Below are positions 51,369 through 60,650 of a stretch of DNA of 64,000 nt, piece by piece. A model generated the notes under the pieces. The model was not told where the DNA came from and ran no database searches. It saw nothing but the letters and a program-made list of their open reading frames with translations. The stretch's first letter is position 1, and each line of letters starts with the position of its first letter. The translations under genes were made by a program, and so were the position numbers. The stretch spans positions 1,376,001-1,440,000 of the forward strand of contig CAXXSR010000001.1 in the NCBI GenBank assembly GCA_963662615.2, given 5' to 3'. Origin of the DNA: Dehalococcoidia bacterium. Its GTDB lineage: Bacteria; Chloroflexota; Dehalococcoidia; Bin125.

Positions 51369-52406
51369 CTAGTCCAGCAGGGCCAGATCGCGGCCGCGGG
51401 CCACCGCCCGCGTCCGGTTGCCCACGCTCAGCTTGCTGAAGATGTTGTTGATGTGCGTCTTCACCGTGCCCACCGACACGACCAGCCGCTCCGCGATCTC
51501 CTGGTTCGTCAGCCCCGTGGCGATCAGCCGCAGCACCTCCAGCTCGCGGGCGCTCAGCGGTTCAACGCCGCCGTCAGCTGGAGCCGGGACCGGCCGCGCA
51601 TCGTCAAGGAAATCGTCGATCACCGCGATCACGCCGTCGACCTCGCCGAGCCACGGCGCGATCGAACTTCCCGGCAACAACGCCAGGCGCGCATCCGGGA
51701 TCGCGGCGGCCAGCTCCCGCGCCACGGCTACATCGATCACGGGCATCTCGGTGCGATGAAGAATAAGCGTGGGCGCGCGCACATCCGGCAGCAGCGCCCC
51801 CAGGTCCCGTTTTGCGAACTCCGCGAAGGCCGCCTGCGCCACCTCCGGTGTGACCGCCGCCCGTATCATCGCCGCGAACCGCTGCGCCGACTCCCCGTCG
51901 CTCCAGCCGAACCCGGCCAGCGCGATCGTCTCCGTGAACAGCTCCCAGTCTCGCTCAAGCAGCATGTGAATTGTCTGCGCTCGCGGCTGCCCCACCATGT
52001 GGAAGACCTGCGAGTACGTATGCCACAACACCAGCGCTCGGACCCGTTCGGGGTGCGCCGCCGCGTACGCCACGGCGGTCGGCCCCGCGTGGATCGCCGC
52101 AATCAGGGCAAACGCCTCCAGCCCCAACCGATCGACCACCGCCTCCAGATCGCGCATCTGCGCCTCTAACGAGAAGTCCGCTGCCTCCCGTTCGGAGAGC
52201 CCCGTCCCCCGGCTGTCGAACCGCACCAGCAGCCGCCCCTCGGCCAGCCGCTCATGCCAGCGTCGCCACTCGGGGATCTCCCACTCCCGCTGGAGATGAC
52301 AGCACGGCACCGTCGGCAGGCAGACCAGCGGGCTCCCCTCGCCCAGCGTGCAATAGGCGATGCTCACCCCGTCCGACGTCGGCGCGTAGCGAATCATCGG
52401 CTCCAT
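51369..52406 (-). CDS. Alpha/beta-hydrolase-fold plus LuxR HTH regulator
   Basis: [22 protein letters not shown]; C-terminal [20 protein letters not shown]. Confidence 0.9.
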   Translation of the reverse strand: MEPMIRYAPTSDGVSIAYCTLGEGSPLVCLPTVPCCHLQREWEIPEWRRWHERLAEGRLLVRFDSRGTGLSEREAADFSLEAQMRDLEAVVDRLGLEAFALIAAIHAGPTAVAYAAAHPERVRALVLWHTYSQVFHMVGQPRAQTIHMLLERDWELFTETIALAGFGWSDGESAQRFAAMIRAAVTPEVAQAAFAEFAKRDLGALLPDVRAPTLILHRTEMPVIDVAVARELAAAIPDARLALLPGSSIAPWLGEVDGVIAVIDDFLDDARPVPAPADGGVEPLSARELEVLRLIATGLTNQEIAERLVVSVGTVKTHINNIFSKLSVGNRTRAVARGRDLALLD

Positions 52407-52450
52407 GATGCCGCGATCCTAGGCGATCGCAGCAGCCCGCGGCGGCCAAC

Positions 52451-52611
52451 CGCTCACCCTGACCTGTCCTTCCCTCCTGGGTAGAAGCCTCTCGAAGGGC
52501 CGCCGAACCAACCACCCTCTCCGCTCCGTCCTCCCCCTCTCCATCGCTCACCGATGGAGAGGGGGCCAGTGGGTGAGGTCATCCGCTCACCCTGAGCCTG
52601 TCGAATGACGA
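52451..52611 (+). repeat. REP-like composite palindromic repeat
   Basis: Same modules as 18668, including the identical CCCCCTCTCCATCGCTCACCGATGGAGAGGGGG. Confidence 0.85.
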
Positions 52612-52695
52612 ACCGCCTCCTCCACTCCACGCCCCGCGCGTTCGCTACCATCCCCCTGAAGCGACGCAGATCGCAGAACCGATTCGGAGGCAACA

Positions 52696-53163
52696 ATGGC
52701 TGACCCCTTCCAATACATCTCGCAGACCAGGATCGTGCTGAAAGACGGCGTCCGCCACGCCTACCTGGGCGACGTGCCGGAGCCCGTCCGCTACGGCGTC
52801 CAAGGCGCCCTGCGCGACTACTACGGCGTCGGCCCCGGCGAGCCCGTCGCCGCCACCCTCGACCACATTGTCGCCGCCGTCGGCGGTTGAATGTTCGGCA
52901 CCCTAGCGCGGGCGCTGGCCGCCCGCGAGGTCGAGTTCGACCGCTCCACCTACTCCGCGGACGTCGCGGGCACCATCGAAGGGCCCGATAAGAAGACCAT
53001 CCGCATCACCAAGATCCACGTGACCTTCCATCTCAGCCTCCCCGCGGCTCAGCGCACGGCCGCCGAGCGCGCTGTGGCCGTACACGCCGCCGGCTGTCCG
53101 GCGCATGAGAGCGTCAAAGACACCATCGACATCACGTCGTCGGCCGAGATCGAGGAGCGCTGA
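52696..53163 (+). CDS. OsmC-like probable selenoprotein (in-frame TGA 52888-52890)
   Basis: TLDHIVAAVGG-TGA-MFGTL..., second Cys GCPAHES; GC hairpin 52902-52930; GGAGG RBS. Confidence 0.8.
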
Positions 53164-53175
53164 GCGAACCCGGTC

Positions 53176-54279
53176 ATGCCCGCAGACCTCCGCATCACAC
53201 TCCTGCACGACCGCCACGTCGCCCTCGGCGCTCGCATGGTCCCCTTCGCCGGCTGGACCATGCCGCTCCAGTACGTCGGCATCCTGGAGGAGCACGCCGC
53301 CGTGCGCGAGCGCGTCGGCCTCTTCGATGTCTCGCATCTCGCCCGTGTCACTGTCCGCGGGCGCGACGCCGCCGACCAGATCCGCTCCATCACCACCTAC
53401 GACGTCCGACGGCTCGCCCCGGGCACGGCGCACTACTCGCTCTACTGCAACGACGACGGCGGCATCGCTGACGACGTCTTCATCTACCGCCTCCAGCAGG
53501 ACCGCTGGCTCATCGTTCACAACGCCGCCTTCGCCGGCCCCGACCTCCAGCGCGTGCAACGCGCCGCCGGCGACGCCGCCCAAGACGTGACCGCGGAGAC
53601 GGTCATGCTCGCCCTCCAGGGCCCGCTCGCCCTGGCGATGCTCCGCGACACGCTTGGCCCCGCCGTTGACGGCCTGAAACTCCACGCCTGCGCCGAATTG
53701 GCCTGGCGCGGCGCAACCGTCCTCATCGCCCGCACCGGCTACACCGGCGAGGACGGAGCGGAATGCATCGCCAATGGGGTCACCGGCGCAACCCTCTGGG
53801 ACGCGCTCCACGCCGCCGGTGCCAAGCCGGCCGGATTGGGCGCCCGCGACACGCTCCGACTGGAGGCTGCGCTCCCTCTGGCCGGCCACGACATCGACGC
53901 CACCACCCACCCCTATGAGGCCGGCCTAGGCTGGACCGTCACCCTCGACGACGCCCGTGCCTTTACCGACCGCCCCTTCACCGGCCACGACGCCCTCGTC
54001 GCGCTCCAGGCCGCAACGCCGGTCCGCCGCCTCACCCATCTGAAGGCGTCGCAGCGCGGGGTGCTCCGGGCGGGCCAGGCGGTTCGCACGGAAGATGGCG
54101 GCCGTACGCTCGGCGCCTTGACCAGCGGCGCCTTCAGCCCCACGCTACGTGTGGGAATCGGCATGGCCTATCTCCCCCCGGATCTCGCCCGCCCCGGCAC
54201 GCGCCTCCAGGTCGATGTCCGCGGTCGGGCCCTCCCAGTCGAAGTCGTGCGCCGCCCCTTCTACCGGCGGCCCCTCTAG
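53176..54279 (+). CDS. gcvT: Glycine cleavage T protein
   Basis: FAGWTMP, LFDVSH, LALQGP, RTGYTGEDG, GARDTLRLEA. Confidence 0.96.
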   Translation: MPADLRITLLHDRHVALGARMVPFAGWTMPLQYVGILEEHAAVRERVGLFDVSHLARVTVRGRDAADQIRSITTYDVRRLAPGTAHYSLYCNDDGGIADDVFIYRLQQDRWLIVHNAAFAGPDLQRVQRAAGDAAQDVTAETVMLALQGPLALAMLRDTLGPAVDGLKLHACAELAWRGATVLIARTGYTGEDGAECIANGVTGATLWDALHAAGAKPAGLGARDTLRLEAALPLAGHDIDATTHPYEAGLGWTVTLDDARAFTDRPFTGHDALVALQAATPVRRLTHLKASQRGVLRAGQAVRTEDGGRTLGALTSGAFSPTLRVGIGMAYLPPDLARPGTRLQVDVRGRALPVEVVRRPFYRRPL

Positions 54280-54290
54280 AGAAAAGCCTC

Positions 54291-54686
54291 ATGGCCCCAG
54301 AAACGCTCATCCCGGCCGACCGCCACTACACCTCCGAGCACGAATGGCTCCTCGTCGATGGTGACGAAGCCACCATCGGCATCACCGACTTCGCCCAGGA
54401 CGAACTTGGCGACATCGTCTACGTCGAGCTGCCCGCGGTCGGCACTTCCGTCACCAAGGGCGAGGCGTTCGGCGTCGTCGAGTCCGTCAAGGCCGTCTCC
54501 GATCTCTTCACCCCCGCCGCCGGCGAGGTCATCGCTCGCAACGACAAGCTGGAAGACGCGCCGGAGCTGCTGAATCAGTCGCCCTACGATGCCGGCTGGT
54601 TGATCCGCCTGCGCCTCGCCGACCCCGCTGAGCTGGCTGACCTCCTCGACGCCGACGCCTACCGGCGCGAGTTCCCGGACGCCTGA
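54291..54686 (+). CDS. gcvH: Glycine cleavage H protein
   Basis: HEW, GITDFAQ.LGD, lipoyl VESVKA, N.SPY..GW. Confidence 0.97.
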   Translation: MAPETLIPADRHYTSEHEWLLVDGDEATIGITDFAQDELGDIVYVELPAVGTSVTKGEAFGVVESVKAVSDLFTPAAGEVIARNDKLEDAPELLNQSPYDAGWLIRLRLADPAELADLLDADAYRREFPDA

Positions 54687-54700
54687 GGGGGATCGGCCCG

Positions 54701-56113
54701 GTGGAATCCGCCTCCACGGACGCCCCCACGCCCTACATCGCCAACACCGCCGCTGATCGCGCCGCCATGCTCGCCCGCATCGGCGTCAGGGATCTGGAGG
54801 ACCTCTTCGCCGAACTGCCGGCGCGGTTCCGCGACCCGCCTCTCCCCCTCGACCCCCCCCTCGCCGAGGCGGACCTCCAGCAGCACTTCCGCCGCCTCGC
54901 GGCTGAGAACGCCGATCTCGCCCAGCGCCCTTCCTTTCTCGGCGCCGGCGCCTACCGGCGAGCGCTGCCGGCCGTCACCGCCGCTTTGGCCTCCCGCTCC
55001 GAGTTCGTCACCGCCTACACCCCCTATCAACCGGAGATCAGTCAGGGCACGCTCCAGAGCGCCTTCGAGTTCCAGTCCGTCGTCTGCGAACTCACCGGCA
55101 TGGACGTCTCCAACACCGGCCTCTACGACGTTGCCAGCGCCAGCGCGGAGGCCACCCTGCTCGCCGCCCGCGTCACCGAGCGCCACCGCGTCACCAAGCG
55201 CCACCGCGTCGCCGTGCTGGAGCCGTTCCACCCCCACACCCTCGATGTTGTTCGCTCCTACGCCTACGGCGCCGACCTCGCCATTGATGCTGTGCCGAGC
55301 GCCGACGACCTGGGCACCGACCACGCCTGCCTCCTCATCCAGCAGCCCGACTTCCTCGGAACCATTCACGACGTCGAACCCCTGGCGGCCGCGGCGCACG
55401 CGGCCGGCGCCCTGCTCGTCGTGGTCGCCGATCCTTTCGCCCTCGGCCTGCTCCGCGCCCCCGGCGACGCCGGCGCCGACGTCGTCACCGGCGAGGGACG
55501 CGACCTCGCGGGGCCACCCTCGTTTGGCGGGCCCTCGCTCGGACTCTTCGCCGCCAAGGAGGCGCATCTGCGCCAGATGCCCGGCCGCATCGTCGGGCGG
55601 ACCAAGGAGCTGCACGGCCCCACCCGCACCGACGGCAGCACCGCCGATCCCCGCACCGGCTACGTCCTCACCCTCCAGGCGCGCGAACAGTTCATCCGCC
55701 GCGAGCGCGCCACCTCCAACTTCTCCACCGGCCAGTCGCTCTTGGCCCTCGCCTTCACCGTGACCGTCCAGGCGCTCGGACCACACGGCCTCCGCCGCCA
55801 GGCCGATCGCTGCTACCAGACCGCCCACGACGCCGCCGCCCGCATCGCCGCGCTGCCCGGCTACGCCGTCGTCGATCGTGGCCCCTGGTTCCAAGAGTTC
55901 CTGCTTCGCGGTCCCCTCCCCGCCCCCCAGCTGCTCCAACGCCTCGCCGACGCCGGCATCGTCGGCGGCCTCGACGTTTCAGATCGGCCCGAGCCCGAAG
56001 CCGCGGGCGCCATCCTCACCTGCGTCACCGAGAGCACCCCCCCGGACCACGTCGACCGCCTCATCGCCGCCCTCTCTTCCCTGGAGCAGGCGTCCTTGGA
56101 GAAGACCCCGTGA
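54701..56113 (+). CDS. gcvPA: Glycine dehydrogenase subunit 1
   Basis: FLGAG, TAYTPYQPEISQG, RQMPGRIVG, QAREQFIRRERATSN. Confidence 0.95.
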   Translation: MESASTDAPTPYIANTAADRAAMLARIGVRDLEDLFAELPARFRDPPLPLDPPLAEADLQQHFRRLAAENADLAQRPSFLGAGAYRRALPAVTAALASRSEFVTAYTPYQPEISQGTLQSAFEFQSVVCELTGMDVSNTGLYDVASASAEATLLAARVTERHRVTKRHRVAVLEPFHPHTLDVVRSYAYGADLAIDAVPSADDLGTDHACLLIQQPDFLGTIHDVEPLAAAAHAAGALLVVVADPFALGLLRAPGDAGADVVTGEGRDLAGPPSFGGPSLGLFAAKEAHLRQMPGRIVGRTKELHGPTRTDGSTADPRTGYVLTLQAREQFIRRERATSNFSTGQSLLALAFTVTVQALGPHGLRRQADRCYQTAHDAAARIAALPGYAVVDRGPWFQEFLLRGPLPAPQLLQRLADAGIVGGLDVSDRPEPEAAGAILTCVTESTPPDHVDRLIAALSSLEQASLEKTP

Positions 56114-57633
56114 GCGCACCGCAACCGGAAGACGTGGGCGCTCGCCTCGCCTTCGACCGCGGCGCCCCCGGCCGTTCGGCCGTCGCCGTCTCTGCCTGGG
56201 AGGGCGAGCGGCGTCCCCTGCCCCCTGCCTCCCTCCTCCGCGATTCTCTCCGGCTGCCGGAGCTGAGCCAGCCCGAGCTCGTCCGCTACTACATCGCCCT
56301 TTCGCGGCGCAACTACGGCGTCGACAGCGGCTCCTACCCGCTCGGGTCCTGCACCATGAAGTACAACCCCAAGCTGCACGATGCCCTCGCCGGCCTGCCC
56401 GGCTTCGCCGATGCGCACCCGCTCGCCCCTCCCCACGACGTCCAGGGCACGCTGCGGCTGCTCTGGGAGCTGCAGCAGGCGCTCGGCCTGATCACGGGGC
56501 TGCCCGCCGTCAGCTTGGCGCCCGCCGCCGGCGCCCAGGGCGAACTCTCGGGCATGCTGATGATCAAGAGCGCCCTCCAGGATCGCGGCGAATTGGCGCA
56601 GCGCCGGCGTGTCCTCGTGCCGGACAGCGCCCACGGCACCAACCCGGCCTCCGCCGCCATGGCCGGCTTCACCGTCACCCAGCTCCCCACCAGCGCCACC
56701 GGCTCCATCGACCGCGCCGCCCTCCAGCGAGAGTTGGACGGCAGCGTCGCGGCGCTCATGGTCACGCTGCCCAACACCCTGGGCCTGTGGGAGGAGTCCA
56801 TTGAAGAGGTGACGGCGTTGGTCCACCAGGCGGGCGGCTTCGTCTACGGCGACGGCGCCAACCTCAACGCTGTCGCCGGCCGCATCCGCTACGGCGACCT
56901 CGGCGTCGACGTCGCCCACTTCAACCTGCACAAGACCTTCAGCACCCCGCACGGGGGAGGCGGCCCCGGCGCCGGCCCCGTCTGCGCCCGCCCCGACCTC
57001 GCCCCGCTGCTGCCTGCTCCCGTCGTGCAGCGCACCGAAGCAGGAGGGGAGCGCACGCAAGAAGACGCCTTCTCTCTGGCGCGCCCCGCCCACAGCATCG
57101 GACGCGTGCAGCAGTTCCACGGCAGCATCGGCGTGCTCATCCGCGCCTACGCCTATATCCGCAGCCTCGGCGCCCCTGGGCTCCGCGCCGTCTCCGCCAA
57201 CGCCGTCCTCAACGCGAACTACCTCCGCTCCCTCCTCCGCGACGACTATGACCTCCCCTTCGACCGTCCCGTCCTGCACGAAGTGATCTTCTCCGGCTCC
57301 CGCCAGCGCCGCGAATCCGACGTCCGCACCTACGACATCGCCAAGCGCCTGATCGACTACGGCTTCCATCCCCCCACGGTCTACTTCCCCCTGATCGTGG
57401 AGGAGGCGTTGATGATCGAGCCCACCGAGACCGAGCCCCGCGAGGAGTTGGAGCGCTTCGCCGACGCCCTCATCGCCATCGCCCGGGAGGCTCGTGAGCA
57501 GCCCGACCTCGTCCGTTCGGCGCCCCACGCCGCCCCCCTTGGCCGCCTCGACGAGGTCACGGCCGCCCGCCGCCCCGACCTCCGCTGGCGCCCCCCATCC
57601 GCTCACCCTGAGCCTGTCGAAAGGTCACCCTGA
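56110..57633 (+). CDS. gcvPB: Glycine dehydrogenase subunit 2
   Basis: PLGSCTMKYNP, SAHGTNPAS, NLHKTFSTPHGGGGPG, GFHPPT, IEPTETE. Confidence 0.96.
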   Translation: MSAPQPEDVGARLAFDRGAPGRSAVAVSAWEGERRPLPPASLLRDSLRLPELSQPELVRYYIALSRRNYGVDSGSYPLGSCTMKYNPKLHDALAGLPGFADAHPLAPPHDVQGTLRLLWELQQALGLITGLPAVSLAPAAGAQGELSGMLMIKSALQDRGELAQRRRVLVPDSAHGTNPASAAMAGFTVTQLPTSATGSIDRAALQRELDGSVAALMVTLPNTLGLWEESIEEVTALVHQAGGFVYGDGANLNAVAGRIRYGDLGVDVAHFNLHKTFSTPHGGGGPGAGPVCARPDLAPLLPAPVVQRTEAGGERTQEDAFSLARPAHSIGRVQQFHGSIGVLIRAYAYIRSLGAPGLRAVSANAVLNANYLRSLLRDDYDLPFDRPVLHEVIFSGSRQRRESDVRTYDIAKRLIDYGFHPPTVYFPLIVEEALMIEPTETEPREELERFADALIAIAREAREQPDLVRSAPHAAPLGRLDEVTAARRPDLRWRPPSAHPEPVERSP

Positions 57634-57750
57634 GCCTGCCTGACCTGTCCTTCCCTCCCGGGAAGGAGCCCGTCCAAGGGTCGAAGGACGAACGGGCCTT
57701 CCTCCCCCTCTCCATCGCTTCGGGATGGAGAGGGAGCCAGGGGGTGAGGC
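57596..57750 (+). repeat. REP-like composite repeat overlapping the gcvPB 3' end
   Basis: CATCCGCTCACCCTGAGCCTGTCGAA..CCTGACCTGTCCTTCCCTCCCGGGAAGG..CCCTCTCCATC..GATGGAGAGGG. Confidence 0.85.
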
Positions 57751-58001
57751 CCCGCCCAACGACTGATCCGCGTGGGGAGGGGCATCTGCGGGAAGGACCC
57801 CCCACCTGCGAGCGCGCGCGAAAGAAACCGCTCCACCAACCGAAGACAAAACGCGCGCATCGGTCACGTTGACACAGCGGAGACAGGACTGGACCGTGTA
57901 TTGGGCCCGTCTACCGACGAACAGCGCGCAGAGAGACGACGCATGCAGGCGCAGCCGCTCACCCCAACAGCCGCCCGCGACGCCGTGAAGGGCGCCCCCA
58001 A

Positions 58002-59321
58002 TTGATCCGCGCGGCGCGCCGGGAAGCTACGTTCGGGCGCACCTGCCTGTGGGCGCTGCTGCTACTCATACTCGCCGTCGCAGCCCTGCTCTGGCAGGCG
58101 GCCTCCCCCCCATCGCCCGCCGCCGCCGCCGATGTCGGCCCCGTCGCCGCGCCGGCGGACGCGGCCATCACCTACGATCCCCTGCCCGACTTCGTCCCCG
58201 CCTTCGACGAAGACAGCCTTACCCTTGGCGGCAACGACTCCCGCGGCTCCATGCTCCGCTCCCACACCATCGTCGCCAGCACCGGCCCCGAGCATCGCAC
58301 CAACTGGGAGCTGCTCATTCCCGCCGCCCAGGTCAAGGCCGACGTGGCCCGCACCGGCTTGACCGATGTTGGCGCGCTCGGCGCCCCCGACAATCCCGAC
58401 GTCATCGGCTGGTGGGGAGAGGGACCGGCCTTCTACCAGCGCGGCAACGTGCTCCTCAGCGGCCACCGCGACTACACGGATACCGAAGGCAACACCGGCA
58501 TCGGCGTGAACTGGAAGCTCGACAACACCCGCCCCGGCGATTTCATCATCGTCCGCGACAAGAGGAGCGGTGACGTCTACGTCTATGAGATCACGGAGTC
58601 CATCTCACTCCCCTGGGACGCCCCCGACGGCCTCGACTATCTCCAGCCCTCTTCAGAGCCCATCCTCACCCTCATCACCTGCGAGGGCTCCTTCGACCAC
58701 AACGAGCACAACTACTCCCAGCGCCGCATCGTCGTCGCCACGCTGGTCCACCCCTTGCCCACCGTCCCGGTCCCGGTGGAGCCCGCCATCCGCCATGTCA
58801 GCCTTGAGCCGGGCTGGAATCTAGTCGGCTGGACCCAAGCCGCCGTCGCCTCAAGCGCCCTGCCCGTTGCCGGCAGCTTCCTCTCCCTCTTCACCTGGGA
58901 CGCGGTCGGAGAAGCGTTCCGCTCCTACTGGCCGGGAGTACCGTCCGCCCTCAACACGGCCACGGAGGTCCGCCTCGGCGACGGCGTCTGGCTCTACGTC
59001 GCCGCTCCGCAAGGGGCGGTGCTCGAACTCCAGGAGCACCTTGGCGGCCGCTGGGTTCCCCTCCAGCGCCCCAGCGATGGCCATTCCGGCTTCAACCTCG
59101 TCACCTGGACGGGGCCGGATGGCACGCCCATCCCTGTCGCCGTGTCAAGCCTCGGCGGCGCCTTCGCCGACCTCTACATTTGGAACGCCGGCGCGCAGCG
59201 CTTCTCCTCCTACCACGCCGGCCGGCCGGCCCTCCTCAACACAGCCACCGTTCTCAACCACGGCGACGCCCTCTGGCTCAAGGTGAGCCAGCCTACCTTC
59301 TGGTGGCAGCCGCCGCCCTAG
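58002..59321 (+). CDS. Class F sortase with two C-terminal GxNLVxW modules
   Basis: N-terminal TM; GNVLLSGHRD, LTLITCEG, RRIVVA. Confidence 0.85.
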   Translation: MIRAARREATFGRTCLWALLLLILAVAALLWQAASPPSPAAAADVGPVAAPADAAITYDPLPDFVPAFDEDSLTLGGNDSRGSMLRSHTIVASTGPEHRTNWELLIPAAQVKADVARTGLTDVGALGAPDNPDVIGWWGEGPAFYQRGNVLLSGHRDYTDTEGNTGIGVNWKLDNTRPGDFIIVRDKRSGDVYVYEITESISLPWDAPDGLDYLQPSSEPILTLITCEGSFDHNEHNYSQRRIVVATLVHPLPTVPVPVEPAIRHVSLEPGWNLVGWTQAAVASSALPVAGSFLSLFTWDAVGEAFRSYWPGVPSALNTATEVRLGDGVWLYVAAPQGAVLELQEHLGGRWVPLQRPSDGHSGFNLVTWTGPDGTPIPVAVSSLGGAFADLYIWNAGAQRFSSYHAGRPALLNTATVLNHGDALWLKVSQPTFWWQPPP

Positions 59322-59346
59322 CTTCTGGTGGCAGCCGCCGCCCTAG
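59297..59346. repeat. Perfect 25-bp tandem duplication between convergent genes
   Basis: CTTCTGGTGGCAGCCGCCGCCCTAG x2. Confidence 0.95.
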
Positions 59347-60587
59347 CCCGCCACCGGCGCGCGCTCCTCCTCCGGCGTGGCCAACAAGCTCACCGGCGAC
59401 TCGACCTCAAAGGGGCTCTTGAGTCCCAGCTCCTCGCCCAAGTCTCGCAGCGCTGGCATCACTTCCTTGCCCAGCAGCTCAATGCAGCGCATCGAGTCCT
59501 TGTGCGATACGCCACCGTCGTTGCCCCACAGCGCCATGATCCCCGGCCGCGTCCTCGATATCTTTGACCGCAGTTGCGCCACGACCTGGTCCGGCGTGCC
59601 GGCGACGATCTGCATGATCTCAAGCTGCTTCTCAAACGAGTTGCCCCGGTCCAGACGCGGGTTGCTGCGGCGCCCGTTGGCGAACTCCACCAGCTCCCGA
59701 CGCCGCGCCGGGGCCCCGTAGCCTGCCGGGTTGCTCCAGACCGGGTGGCCCAGCCCCGTGAACTCGCCCATCATCCACATGAACTGCCGCGCGTTTTCCA
59801 GCGCCTTCTCTTCTGTGTCCTGCACGTGCACGCGCTGCAAATAGCCCAGGTTCTCAGTGCCCGGCCTGTAGCCCACACGGGCCGCTGTCTCCGTGTACGT
59901 CTCCCAGATCTTCTCGGTCGCCTCGGCGGTCGTGTTCAAGCACATGTAGGGATAACGATGCTCCGCCGCCCACACGATCGTCTCCCGGCTCAACACCCCC
60001 GGGACCCAGATCCGCGGATGCGGCTGTTGCAGCGGCAGCACCCACGGGTTCACCACCCGATGCTGATAATGCTTCCCCTCCCAGCGGAACGGCCCCGGCT
60101 CCGTCCACGTCTTCACGATCAGGTCGTGCGCCTCCTCAAACCGCTCGCGGTTGTACGCCGGATTGACCCCCGCGGCCAGCTGCTCCTGCCCGCCCCCGCG
60201 CACAATGCCCGCCACCAGCCGTCCCCGCGAGACCATGTCAATCATCGCCAGCTCTTCCGCCAACCGCACCGGGTTGTCCTCCAACGGCAGCGGATTGCCC
60301 AACAGGACAATCTTCACCCGCTCCGTTGTCGCGGCCAGGATGGCGGCGAAGATGTTCGTCTTCGCCTGCATGCAGAACGGCGCGTTGTGGTGCTCGTTCA
60401 GCATGATCCCGTCTACCCCAACCTCTTCCGCGAACTGGTATTCCTCAATCCGCTCGTTGTACAGGCGGCTACCCGCCACGGAATCGAAGTGACGGTTGGA
60501 GAACAACAACGCCGTGTACCCCTCATCCAGCCCAATCTCGGCCGGATACGTGGACATCGGCTGCTCGGTGAAATACATCAAGTGCAT
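59343..60587 (-). CDS. LLM-class flavin-dependent oxidoreductase
   Basis: LNEHH, LAEELAMID..SRGRL..G..RG, QQPHPRIW, IELLGKEVMP. Confidence 0.93.
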   Translation of the reverse strand: MHLMYFTEQPMSTYPAEIGLDEGYTALLFSNRHFDSVAGSRLYNERIEEYQFAEEVGVDGIMLNEHHNAPFCMQAKTNIFAAILAATTERVKIVLLGNPLPLEDNPVRLAEELAMIDMVSRGRLVAGIVRGGGQEQLAAGVNPAYNRERFEEAHDLIVKTWTEPGPFRWEGKHYQHRVVNPWVLPLQQPHPRIWVPGVLSRETIVWAAEHRYPYMCLNTTAEATEKIWETYTETAARVGYRPGTENLGYLQRVHVQDTEEKALENARQFMWMMGEFTGLGHPVWSNPAGYGAPARRRELVEFANGRRSNPRLDRGNSFEKQLEIMQIVAGTPDQVVAQLRSKISRTRPGIMALWGNDGGVSHKDSMRCIELLGKEVMPALRDLGEELGLKSPFEVESPVSLLATPEEERAPVAG

Positions 60588-60650
60588 ACGTGTCGCCCTC
60601 TCTCGAGCCCGGGCGCGCCCACCACTGCGAACGCCCCTCCCGCTCGACCG

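Noticed and set aside
52410-53175. Glycine riboswitch upstream of gcvT
   Set aside because: Region is occupied by REP-like repeats and the OsmC-like gene; the GGAGAG present belongs to the repeat hairpin
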